Shown here piece after piece: positions 38,901 through 50,463 of a stretch of DNA of 64,000 nt. The DNA lies in contig CP075497.1 of NCBI GenBank assembly GCA_021613535.1, positions 62,001-126,000 of the forward strand. The letters are read 5' to 3'. Each line of letters starts with the position of its first letter. The stretch's first letter is position 1. A model generated the notes under the pieces. The model made no database searches and was not told the origin of the DNA. It saw only the letters and a program-made list of their open reading frames with translations. This stretch comes from Adineta vaga. Lineage: Eukaryota > Animalia > Rotifera. The position numbers and the translations under genes are program-made.

Positions 38901-41642
38901 AAGTTAAATTTTGAAGTCTGAGTAAAATAATTGATGAAAGCAAGCATTTCTATTGAGAATATTTTTTTATGTGAATCGTCTACTAAATATGATACGTAAA
39001 TGAGATAAAATTACAAACATTTTCTGTTTTTTTCAATGATACAAAGTATAACATTTCTAGTTAATCTTTGTAACTAATATTTATTCGTCTATTCGATTAA
39101 TGGTTTCAATTTTTAATGATATTTTTCTTATATTTTAGAAAATCACCACCACGAACAACAACTGAATCATTTGACAGTTCTTCTGATATAGAAGACGATT
39201 CAAGATCAGAAGTAGATCGAACCGATATTTCTGAAGAATTGGAAAGTGATGAACATGAATCGGAAGATGAAAGTACTACAGATGAGAGTACGCCAACTGA
39301 AGCTAATAATAGTAATGATCAAATGGATGAACATGAATTCGATGGTGATCTTTTCAATGAAAATGAGTGCAACACAATCAATGATAATCAACAACTAAAC
39401 CAATTGGAAAATCTTCAACTATTTGCTCATCGTTTAGTGAAACGGGTTCGGTCTTGTATCAAAAGTATTCGAGATTCTCGTGCTATTATTGAGTATGTTA
39501 CACAGAAAGCACAAGCTAATGATCCACCTATATCATGCACACTTATTACCGATTTTGAAATTCGATGGAATACAACATATGTTATGACAAATCGTTTTAT
39601 TATGTATCGATCTATTATTGATATTATAAATAGTCAGCCTTTCCGAATTCCTGATCTTAATCCAAAACACCAAGCTAAGATACGATCAAAATATTTCGAA
39701 TTCACAAATGACGATTGGTGTCAATTGGAAGATCTATGTAATGTATTAAAGCCTTTCTTTGTAACTACAAACATCATGTCTGGTAAAAATTATCCTAACT
39801 TGTCGATTGGCTATTCTGGTAAGTCATATGTTTTTATAATCCTAAAAAGTTTGTTGAATCTGTTAAAAAAACTGTTCAAAGACATATGTCATCTAACTAA
39901 GATATCTGTTCTTATTTCAGCATTATATGCTTTACAAAGTTTCTTATTTAATTCATCAGAAGATGAGTCTGTTTGGCTTAAACAATTGAAAATGTGTCTT
40001 CGTGAAAAATTTCAATACTATATTATTGACAATATAGCTCCTCATCAAAAGAAGACTTCTATGGTAAGTTATTGTTTTCTTGTAAAAGTCGGATGTTTGT
40101 GCAAGAAATATCATCGTCTTATTATATTCACTCAATGATATTGACTAATTCAAGCCTTTATCATTACATAGAGAAAGCAATAACGAGAATTTTTTCTTTG
40201 GATGAGATTAAAATATTAAACATATATGAAATAATTACAATATCAAGATGGAAGTATTCTATATGTTGATTACATTTAAAATTCATCACTGCTTCGTGAA
40301 TATCTAAAGACTGTAAATTTTCTGTATCTGAATAGGTTTCAAACAGTACTAGCATATGTTCCATTGTGTTGTACAACATATTTTGCATAGAAAATGTTTT
40401 TCCCGTAACTTCATCTAGAGAATCTCAAACAGATTTTATTTCATTAAAACAGATTATATCTGTCAGCAAAAAAAGCTCTTTTTTACTATCTTGATACATT
40501 GGAATATATTTCAAAAACTAATCGGCATAAATCGAAACCAAATACTATTATACTCACTTGTTGTACTTCAACATTGATGTTGTAGAGAGACTGACAATGG
40601 ATAAAATGATTATGCATAAATTGTTCATCGAACAAAAAGATCTGTCACTGATTATCGTCATCACAACCTATTTCATTCAGCCTTTGATTCTGATTTCAAC
40701 AGAACTAAATATCGCACAGATTCAAAAAGATCACTAAATTCATTTTCCGTATTTTTGCTAATTGTTCATTAGGCATAACTTCATTTTCAAACTACGAACA
40801 ATTACTGACAGATACAATACTCTATTTTCAGCTCTAAAAAGTTAGTGATGGTCTTCGTATTACTTAAATGGAGCATACTCCTGAAATATTATCAATGTAT
40901 TATAATCTTATTCAGTATCACCATTGCTTCGGCAAAACACTCGTTCATTCATAGTTTATTTTAATACATTTTACTTCATAATCTTTTTCTGAAACAGCAT
41001 CTAATCTCGGTATTCCCTATCATCAGTACCAGTTCAATGATAGTGATTTGTATCAAGCATAAACTTTTGTCGAGATATTATTATTTTAAGCCATGATGTT
41101 CTATATATGAGAAAAAGTGATTAATAACTGTTCTGTATGATTATTCTGTATCAATTCTCATAGTCAGTTGATTTCTTGTACAAATCATAATTATACTTTG
41201 TATTCCTTTAAACCAAATATCTATGTCAAAAATATGTAGATATGACAAACTGTGAAAAATGCAATCTAAACGACACTGAAGTGCATAATTCATACTTATA
41301 GAAAGAATCCACAAATATGTGCTAAAACAGTATGAAGATTAGCTTATCGAAGCTCTTGATTTGGTTTCTAATAAATGGGTACTCGTCGTACATATATATT
41401 TATATTTATATTGATTTTATTGCTTTTCCCCAATAAACTCTATTAGACACATCTAAACTTAATCACTTAATTTTCTTAAAAATTAAGTGTTAAGTGAAAA
41501 AGCTTAATACTTAATATTAAGTTTTCACTTAAGGCTTATTATTAAGAAATTAAGTCTTTTTAAAAAACTTAACTGCATAATATTAAGTGTTAAGTGAAAA
41601 GACTTAACTTAACTTTAAATTAAGTTAAGTGACCCACCCCTA
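35947..41642 (+). mobile_element. hAT-superfamily DNA transposon (5.7 kb), 3'-defective
   Basis: 26-bp perfect TIR TAGGGGTGGGTCACTTAACTTAATTT; long inverted subterminal arrays of CTTAA/TTAAG units (35973-36335 and 41408-41616); internal transposase. Confidence 0.9.
37213..40063 (+). pseudogene. hAT transposase with BED zinc finger, apparently lacking an intact C-terminal dimerization domain
   Basis: Spliced exons give YLCHEC...NLRSHLGRRH (BED), TADVWT, TDNG, CAAH and RWNTTY. No recognisable SER.FS motif downstream. Confidence 0.75.
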
Positions 41643-42787
41643 TTTCTGGTCTTAAACATCCAACCATTAAAATTTCAAAATATTTGGATGATCTATTACG
41701 ACCATTATTCAATCAGATGGCTTTGTCTACAACAGTGACATCTGGTTTTGAACTTATTCAACGTTTACAATCATGGTCACGTACAAATTTACGTCGAGAA
41801 ACTAGTCTCTGTACAATTGATATTATTGATCTTTATACCATGATACCACAAGTAGAAGGAGTATTGGCTTTAAAGAAAATGTTAGATTATCTGAAATTAA
41901 AACAAGTCGATGGTTTAAGAATTGAAACAATTATACGACTAGCAAGATTCGTTATACAAAATAATTATTCTTAATATAACAATCAATATTATCATCAAAT
42001 TCGAGGTGGAGCAATGGGTTCCCCTCTGACATTGACCATAGCTAATTGTTATATGTTTTTCTTTGAACAAGCTATTACTCGACAAATTAATCATAGTTAT
42101 GGTTTATATTTTCGATACATAGATGATATTTTTATAATAATTAATTGGCCACAACGTCATTTACAAAAAGAAATAGATCGATGGAATACATTTGATAAAA
42201 ATATTCAATTATCAGCTAGTATTGATAATCATATTAATTTCCTTGATCTTCATATTAAAAATGAAAACGGTCAATTATTTACTACAGTTTTCCATAAACC
42301 TTCATACGAGCTTTATTATTTACCATTCCATAGCATCCATCCATTACATATGAAAAAGAATATTCCTTTTACAATGTTATTACGTATAATTCGTTACTGT
42401 TCTACACTTCAAGCTTATTTAGATGAAAGAGAAAAATTACGTATGGCTTTACTCTTAAATAAATATCCAAATAAGTTTATTGAAGATCAATTTAATCATT
42501 TATTTAAAAAATTTAACATTCAAGAACCATTTACGTTGTTTAATTACACAAAACTACGTCAAACTATTATTTCTATACCATTTAAAATTAAAGAACCAAT
42601 TAATTATAATCAAAATATATTTATTCATTTCACTTATTGTTCAAATATGAAATCATTCCCTCAAAAATTTCATCATCTTTGGCAAAAATACTTTCAAGAA
42701 TCACCAATCAATGATATTACTCCAATTCTAGGCAGTCGTAATACTAACAATCTCCAACGACGTCTAGTTCAAACTCGTAATACTTGA
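41643..42787 (+). pseudogene. 5'-truncated Athena RT (catalytically intact type) with one in-frame stop
   Basis: ISGLKHPT, CTIDIIDLYTMIPQ, GGAMGSP, YFRYIDDIF, FLDL. TAA at 41972-41974 is in frame with the downstream ORF. Ends after the thumb with no endonuclease. Confidence 0.9.
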
Positions 42788-43067
42788 ACAATAATATTCA
42801 ACCATTTATTTATTACAATCAGAATATGTTTTTCTTTATTTCTCTTAAATATCATTCATATATTATTGATCTAACATTTGTTATTGATTTCATTCTTTTC
42901 TACTTCCATTTCTTCTTATTTTTATTTATTTATTAGATTTGCATTCATTCTATTATTCAAGCTTAGTTACTTTCTTTCTTTCTTTCTTTCATTCATTTCA
43001 TTCATTTTTTTCATTACAATTATCTATATATTTTTCCTTAGTATCTTTTTGTGTTTAAATATGTAGA

Positions 43068-43121
43068 GCCCTGAGGAGTGTTTATTTATTTTCTAAATAA
43101 AAGAACACGAAACGCGTCGGC
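43068..43121 (+). ncRNA. Hammerhead ribozyme in Athena 3' UTR/pLTR
   Basis: GCC-CTGAGGA-GTGTT...AACAC-GAAA-CGCG-TC-GGC; palindromic stem III ACGCGT. Confidence 0.88.
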
Positions 43122-43496
43122 AAAGTGAAACTCTACATTATTTTATTAATATAAACACATTAACAATATTTTTCCAGTTATTAAATTTATATTATTATTA
43201 TCTATTCGACAAATATCGATTGCTGAAAAGCAAAAGTTGAAATCTAGCAGATTGAATTTGTTTTTCTTTGATTAAAAATAGGTCAATCTGTTTTTCAAGT
43301 TATATGATGCTGAATAATTCTGGAGAAGTCGTAAGTATCCGATGAAAACTTAGAAAACACCCACCGCTGTCAACAGATATTGGATTCATAAAACTCGTAA
43401 AAAACATGTTTTCCCTTTTTTTTTACATTTACATGTATGAGAAAATAATACAATCAATTCAACAACAATATCTAAGAAGAATAAAGAACATCAATT

Positions 43497-43790
43497 TGAG
43501 GGTGTGTGTGGGTGTGGGTGTGGGTGGGTGTGGGTGTGCGTGTGGGTGGGTATGGGTGTGCGTGTGGGTGGGTGTGGGTGTGGGTGTGGGTGGGTGTGGG
43601 TGTGGGTGGGTGTGGGTGTGCGTGTGGGTGGGTGTGGGTGTGGGTACATCTTCTTGACTCTTACCCACCCACACCCACCCACACCCACACCCACACACAC
43701 CCACACCCACCCACACCACACCCACCCACACCCACCCACACCCCACGCCCACGCCCACCCACACCACACCCACCTACACCTACACCCTTC
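43497..43790. repeat. Long head-to-head telomeric array (TGTGGG)n-17 nt-(CCCACA)n
   Basis: G-rich 43497-43645, spacer ACATCTTCTTGACTCTT, C-rich 43663-43787. Confidence 0.92.
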
Positions 43791-44159
43791 TTGGTGAAAA
43801 ATTGAATACTTTTTGATGAATGATAGAAAGAGATTTTTTATACGTTACACTTTGATAAGTATTTTGATGGTTTACTATGAATGTATTATATGAAACTATC
43901 CGAATATTATTATGTGAGAAGTTCTAATAAAAATAAAGAATCGATTATTTATAATAGATTTCTTCTTGCTTTCTTTTACCATTCTACTGTACGTTTTTTT
44001 TTCTGTGAAAATATAATTGAATATTTTATCGCAAAGCTTTTAAGCTCTATTCGGAGTATAAGTTTTCGTATTCGATCACAAAAAATACTAGTGATTTTAG
44101 TAAATATTTAAGCAAGAGTATTTCATACTTGAAGAAAAATAAGAGTACTAAAATTAACA

Positions 44160-44801
44160 ATGGAAACGATAACTTTATTGATCATCACTTTGTTCTTCAT
44201 CATGCCTTCTGCTACTTTCGGTAAGGATTGTTTATGTTCCAGTTTCTGTCAAATGTATACATCATTTTTAACTTATTCCCAGCAAAAGTCAGTAGTTCAA
44301 TGTGATATTGATAGACCATAGTAATGATTTAGAATGGATGAATAACATGAGGTATTTCTTTTAGGTGCAACTTTTATTCATCCGCATGAAAAAATATCCG
44401 GTAGTAGCAGATATGATAAACCAGATGTTAAATGGGAGGAGATCGTATGTGGATTAATCATTGGTCCTTTCGATTGTCTAATCGCTCATAATAATGCAAA
44501 ACAAGCTCTAGCAACAGCTGAACAATTATATCCCGGTTACAAACTTCATAATGATGAAGCTGATGCTTTTCGACATTGCTTTTGGAGTGCATTGATGACT
44601 ATTTATATTGGTGTTACTCAAGCTAAAATCGTAGGAGATAATCATGAATATCTTAATGATAATCCACAAAATGAGAGACACATGGATCTTTACAATAATG
44701 CAATCGGACTTCAAGTGGGACTGAAGACTGGTACTCCAGATGAAGCTAAGAAAAAGTGTGTAGAGTATGCTCGTGCACAAATATTACACATTTATCCATA
44801 A
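44160..44801 (+). CDS. Small secreted DUF6973-like protein (2 exons, 165 aa)
   Basis: Exon 1 (44160-44220) is signal-peptide-like METITLLIITLFFIMPSATF. Exon 2 (44365-44801) has DAFRHCFWSA...HE...MDLYNNAIG, a motif I recognise from bacterial DUF6973. Confidence 0.7.
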
Positions 44802-45218
44802 TAATTAAACTTGATTATTGAAGAGAAAAAAGATTTCTTTGCATATTACAATATTATCATCCTTTGAATATAACTGGTGTATATTACACCCGTCATATAT
44901 TGATTGATTGTGTTTTTTTCTCTTTATTGAAAAAGATTATTTATTCGTAATAAAGAAGCATTATCAGAAAGAAAAGGATCAGTATGAAATTTCTTTTATT
45001 TCTTTAATGATATAACACTAAGTTCTTTCCAACAAAATTACTGATTTTTTACGCTAAAATCTTAAACTATATTTTAATAAAGGGTATTTTATGAGTTTCG
45101 AACTCTTATTAACAAATCAAGAATATCAAGACCAAATCTTTGTGATACTTTTAATTCATTAATGTCATTTTGTGGAACAAGAGAAGAGCTATTCTTTATG
45201 AGAGAAGACGCGGCCAAA

Positions 45219-45749
45219 TCTATATATTCTATCTTCTATATATATAAAGAAGAAAGTTTGTCTGTCTGTTCCCTACGCATTCAGTCTCTCTGATAGCTAG
45301 CATCACCAAACTTTTGACAATAATAGCTTAGGTCTACAGAAAGTCAAAATGAAGTTTTCGGAACCAAGCAAATTGTTGAGATGGAGCTGAGTGAAATCTT
45401 GAGGCGAAAAGGAAACTAAATTCATATGAAATAATTTAATCTCAGTAAATCCTTCAGAAAAGATAAATCCTAAAAACACAAATTCTGGTTTGTCTTCATT
45501 TCAGATGCGCTACGCCAAATTTACTTTCTCTTTTTGAATAATTTTTCTTCACATTAGCTATGAAGTTAAGTATCGCGCTCAAGGTAAAAACGTGACTTGT
45601 CAGATACAATCAATCAAAATAAACATCATATATCGATATTTGAAACGAAACGCTTCGTTTCTGTATTGACTTCTATTTCAATGGTCTATTGTCACATACA
45701 TTCAACTGAAGTTACTGATAAAAACGTTACAGTACTGACATAAAACTAG
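45219..45749 (+). mobile_element. Putative non-autonomous Helitron
   Basis: 5' TC start with TCTATATATATAAAG...TGTCTGTCTGT typical of Helitron 5' ends. Candidate CTAG 3' end after a weak hairpin; sits between A and T. The 3' end is uncertain. Confidence 0.45.
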
Positions 45750-46033
45750 TCAATTGTGTTTATGGATTACAAAATAAGAAGACATGTCGCTAAAAAGGAC
45801 AGGAATGTGAAGTAAGCAAAAGATGTGGAAGTCCTTACGCGGCTTTTATATTCACAACCATCTGGAAAGGATGAAATGCCCATTCAAAACTAATTGAGCT
45901 TACTTCAATTCCCCTAATGATTATGGTTAATGTTAAATTCATCCACTTTTCCTTACTGGTATTCAGTTTTTCTAATGTGACCATATTGATGTACAACTGT
46001 TTGAAAGCATATTTTTCCACTCGAACAAGAGCG

Positions 46034-46345
46034 TTATTTATTTAAAAAGCGTTTCAGAAAGTTTTGCATCACTTGGAATATTCGTACAAGTTCATTTCTA
46101 TACGAATCTTTCGGTAAAACGAATATGAACAATGTCAGCGTCATTGGTAATGATGAAATGATGTACGATGTCAGAAATAGATGTTTTTGCCATTGTATTT
46201 GAACACACGCAAAAGCAAACAAAAACGCAAGACGTGGCGTTTCGAGTAGAATTAAAATAAATGGACTCAGAAGAAATGCTTTGTATAAAGATATTTGTTG
46301 TCGTACAATTTCGAAAGGACTCACTTTTGCTCTAATATCATCTTG
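46034..46345 (-). pseudogene. 3' fragment (TM6-TM7) of a 7TM/GPCR-like gene, cut at telomeric tract
   Basis: LLSPFILILLETPRL...IFVLPKDSYRNEL is homologous to LISPIVLVILSIPRL...IFMLPSKFYKTEL of 47290-48171. The frame is open up to the repeat junction. Confidence 0.75.
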
Positions 46346-46548
46346 AGGGTGGGTGAGGGTGTGGGTGTGGGTGAGGGTGTGGGTGAGGGTGTGGGTGAGG
46401 GTGTGGGTGTGGGTGTAGAAGTCTCTTTTCTATTCACACTTACACCCACACCCACCCACCCACCCACACCCACCCACACCCACACCCACCCACCCACCCA
46501 CACCCACCCACACCCACACCCACACCCACACCCACACCCACCCTTCAA
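46343..46548. repeat. Head-to-head telomeric array with mixed TGAGGG/TGTGGG units
   Basis: G-rich 46344-46416, spacer AGAAGTCTCTTTTCTATT, C-rich to 46543. Confidence 0.92.
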
Positions 46549-48171
46549 TCGATATTCATTCATTTTATTGAAATTATTCCAAAGAAAAAACCGATAAGAA
46601 CGACAACAATTCAATCAATTGAAACTTTTCAACAAAAATTCATTGAATTCTTTTGGTCTAATATGTTTCATTTGATTTTTATTGAAGATTCAAATAAAAA
46701 TTATTATTTCCATTCAGCTTTAAATAATAAGAATTCACCAAGAAATTTGACAATAAAAATCAATTCATTCGATCGTTGTCCATCAATAAATGAAATTTTT
46801 AATGAAACATTTGCACAATTTCATATTCTTCGTCGAATGAAATCTTATCATTTACCATGTTTAAATTCTTCATTAAATCTTTCATGTTTTTACGATGATA
46901 TTCATTTCTGCTTATGTTATCAACATACAAATGGAAAACGTTTATCAAATTGTTTCGAATTTCATCATAATCAAACATTTGATTGTTCAGGTCAAAGTGT
47001 TTGTGAAAATAATGGACAATGTTTTCAAGATTCCTTACAATGTCCAACACGATCAATCTGTGCATGTCAATTATGTTATTATGGAAAACGATGTCAATTT
47101 ACAACAAGTGGATTTGGTTTATCATTAGATGCAATTCTTGGTTATCATATTATTTCAAATGTAAATATTTTTCATCAATCATCAATTACTAAATTTAGTT
47201 TAATATTATCAATTGTTTTTTATATTTGGATTATTTAATAGTATAATTGCATTGATTACATTTCAAAAGCCAAAATTTCGAGAAGTTGGTTGTGGATTAT
47301 ATTTATTGGAACATCAATAACAAGTTTAATCACAACAATTACGTTAGAACTCAAAGTTTTAATATTAGTTTTATCACAAATGAATTCTATTACAAATCAA
47401 TCTTTTTTACGAATTCAATGTTATTCAGTTGATTTTCTTCTACGAACTTTTCTTTATCTTGATCAATGGCTAGATACATCAATTGCTCTGGAAAGAACAA
47501 TGACGGTTATTAAAGGTGTCAAATTCAATAAGAATAAAAGTAAAAAAATTGCAAAAATTATTATGATTTGTCTTATTATAGTAATAACGGGAACAACAAT
47601 TCATGACCCTCTTAATCGACAATTAATTCAAGAAGAAAATGAAGATTTAAATAATTTCAAACGAACATGGCGTATTGTTCGTTATTCATCGAATTTACAA
47701 ACTTATAATACAATCATAAACTCATTTCATTTTTTTCTTCCATTTTTATTAAATTTTATTTTAGTTATTATTTTTTTAATTAAATTAACATATCAACAAT
47801 CAAATCTACAAAGAAAACAAATATCAAAAGAAATATTTCATCAACAATTTCAACAACATAAACATTTATTAATTTCACCAATTGTTTTAGTTATTCTTTC
47901 AATTCCACGTTTAGTTATATCTTATATATCGAAATGTTTAAAATCTAATAATGATTCATGGTTATATCTTTCGGGATATTTTATTTCATTTATTCCATCA
48001 ATTATAACAACTTTAATCTTTATGTTACCATCCAAATTCTATAAAACTGAACTTCGAAATACGATTGTTCATTATCAAACCAAAATTCGGCAACGTTTTT
48101 ATCAAACAAGTAACGCTCGTCAACAGACTCGCTCAGCTCTTTCTCGTATAAGGAGTGCTTTGAAAAGCTAA
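46543..48171 (+). pseudogene. 5'-truncated EGF-like + 7TM (rhodopsin-like) receptor pseudogene
   Basis: The frame starts at the tract (LQSIFIHFIE...). EGF-like CENNGQC...C.C..CYYGKRC; TM region with ALERT. Frameshifts around 47220-47310. Confidence 0.8.
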
Positions 48172-48547
48172 CGTTACATTCGTATCTCCATATCTCGAAA
48201 ACCCTATGGTCAACTTTTAGAAAAACAACAGTTTTTTTTTCATAAGAAGTGTCCTCTCTTGAAGAAAAGTGACCCATAAAAAAAATTCAAACAACTAATA
48301 CTAGAATCCTGTTTCCCGAACCAAAAAGTGTTTTGGTCAAATGTGTAAAAAACAGTCCTTTGCCTAAAAAAATTTTTTTAAAAAGAACTTTTAAAAAGTA
48401 ACATCAGATTCGAAATTCTCGCAACGAAATATCCCTAGAAGTGTGTTTTTAGAAAAAAATGATTTTCGATGTTTCTTTGAACCTGCGAACATACAAGTAA
48501 ACAAGCAAACAATTTATGTTTCTAAGACTCTTCTCTACGAGAAAGAG
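48137..48547. mobile_element. Small element with imperfect terminal inverted repeats
   Basis: CTCTTTCTCGTATAAGGAGT vs ACTCTTCTCTACGAGAAAGAG. Confidence 0.4.
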
Positions 48548-48560
48548 AATAGTAGAAAAA

Positions 48561-49487
48561 CCTTCAACAGTGGTCTCAAATTAATTTCAAACAAGATACT
48601 TTATTATGTACGATTGATATTGCTAACCTCTATACAATGATCTCACAAATCGAATGTCTATCAGTTGAAGTCATTATTCGTTTAGCAAGTTTTTCTATTA
48701 AGAATAATTATTTTGAATATAATGGTCAATATTATCATCAAATAAGAGGAGGAAGAGCAATGGGTTCTCCTCTTACTTTAACTATAGCCAACTGTTATGT
48801 GTTTTTCTTTGAACAGAAAATTATTCGTCAAATCCGTAATAGTTTCGGTTTATATTATCGTTGTATTGATGATGTTTTTATCATTATCAATTGGCCAGAA
48901 CGTCATTTTAAGAAACAAGTTGATCAATTGAATACGTTTGATTCCAATATTAAATTATTAGCTAATATTAATTTACAAGCTGATTTCTTGGATCTGCATT
49001 TGGAAAATAAAGATGGACAACTATTTACTTCTGTATATTATAAACCATCTTATGAACCATACTATTTACCATTCAACAGCATTCATCCGTTACATATGAA
49101 AAAGAACATACCTTTCACGGTGTTCGTGCGCTTCAGTATTGCTCAACTTTCCAATCATATGAAAAGGAACGTGATCATCTAAAAATGGCTCTCCTATTAA
49201 ATTAATATCCAAGTAAATTTATTGATCAACAATTTAATCATTTATTTACAAAATTCAATACTGATCAACCATTAACTTCAATTAATTATTATACTACTCG
49301 TCAGAAAATTAGTTATGTTCATTCATTTCACTTATTGTTCAAGTATGAGGAGTTTTTCTCAGAAATTTCATAATCTATGGCTTAAGTATTTTTCTAAATC
49401 TCCAATAAATGACATCACACCAATTCTGGACACTCGCAACATCGATAATCTTCAACGTCGACTTGTCAATATTCGAATTTCATTATA
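48561..49487 (+). pseudogene. Decayed 5'-truncated Athena RT, same family as 41643-42787
   Basis: LCTIDIANLYTM, AMGSPLTLTIANCY, YRCIDDVF, YLPFNSIHPLHMKKNIPF; internal deletion and frameshifts. Confidence 0.88.
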
Positions 49488-49661
49488 AAAGGTTTGTGAT
49501 TAACATTTATTTCTCGATGTTCATTTCTTCACCTATCTATTTATCTATTTATCTATTTATATATTACTTAATCGTTTTCTATTTTGGTTGTTGTTACCAT
49601 ATCTATTATTCATTTCTGTATTTTCTCATTTTTTTATTTTCGCTTTCATAAAATATGCAAA

Positions 49662-49712
49662 GCCCTGATGAGTGTTTCTTATTTTTAAATAAAATACACG
49701 AAACGCGTCGAC
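49662..49712 (+). ncRNA. Hammerhead ribozyme (homolog of 43068-43121)
   Basis: GCC-CTGATGA-GTGT...ACAC-GAAA-CGCG-TC-GAC; one stem I mismatch. Confidence 0.82.
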
Positions 49713-49983
49713 AAAGCAATATTCTGAATTTATTATTAATTGAAAACATCTTATTATTTCAAATACTTTAAATTAGAAAAGATCGACTGCTGAAGAAGCA
49801 AGAGTTGACATTAGCAAATTAATTCATATAATCTTTGTATAGGTTAATTCGTTTTACATCTGATTTACCCTTGTGAACTATAGATTTCTTTGCTAACTTT
49901 CAATTTTGAGAATAAACGTTGGAAGTTCTTGTTAAAAAAACTTTTAATTTTGTTTTCATTTTCTTATGCAAGTTGTCAAAAAA

Positions 49984-50032
49984 GCTACCTGAAGACTAGA
50001 CCATTGAGAAAGGTCGCAACTATAGTAGTAGC
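49984..50032 (+). ncRNA. Hammerhead ribozyme, core-mutated (GAAA>GCAA); related to the 13341 pLTR type
   Basis: GCTAC-CTGAAGA-ctaGACC...GGTC-GCAA-CTATAG-TA-GTAGC, followed by CACACCC at 50050. Confidence 0.75.
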
Positions 50033-50199
50033 TATCTATCTTTTTAATTCACACCCTTTATAGATTAACTACGTTTCATCATACATTAGTTTTAACCTTC
50101 GAAATTTTATCTTGTTGATAGTCTTTTTTGACTATTATACGGATAATTATTTCAATAGTAAGGTTTATCAACTAATTTAATGTAGTTACGGATTCTTAA

Positions 50200-50243
50200 C
50201 ATACCTGTCGAGTCCCTTAAACAAGGACGAAACATGTCGTATG
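50200..50243 (+). ncRNA. Hammerhead ribozyme, core-mutated (CTGTCGA)
   Basis: CATAC-CTGTCGA-GTCC(cttaaacaa)GGAC-GAAA-CATG-TC-GTATG; palindromic stem III ACATGT; ACACACCCTCA at 50269. Confidence 0.78.
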
Positions 50244-50392
50244 ATACTTTGAATCTACTTTTCTACAAACACACCCTCATACCTAACAATTGCATATACT
50301 CCTACCACAGTGCCTCTTAGTTGTCCAACTACGCAGATTATGTAAGCTTCTCTGTGATCTCCGGATCATTCGGATAGCTTACGCAGTGTAAA

Positions 50393-50437
50393 GCCGCCTG
50401 ATGATTCCTTTAGCAGGGATGAATTCGCGATAATGGC
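50393..50437 (+). ncRNA. Degenerate hammerhead ribozyme
   Basis: GCCGC-CTGATGA-tTCC(tttagcag)GGAt-GAAT-TCGCGA-TA-ATGGC, followed by CTCACCCACCCCTCAA. Confidence 0.65.
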
Positions 50438-50463
50438 GTGCTTTGACTCACCCACCCCTCAAG

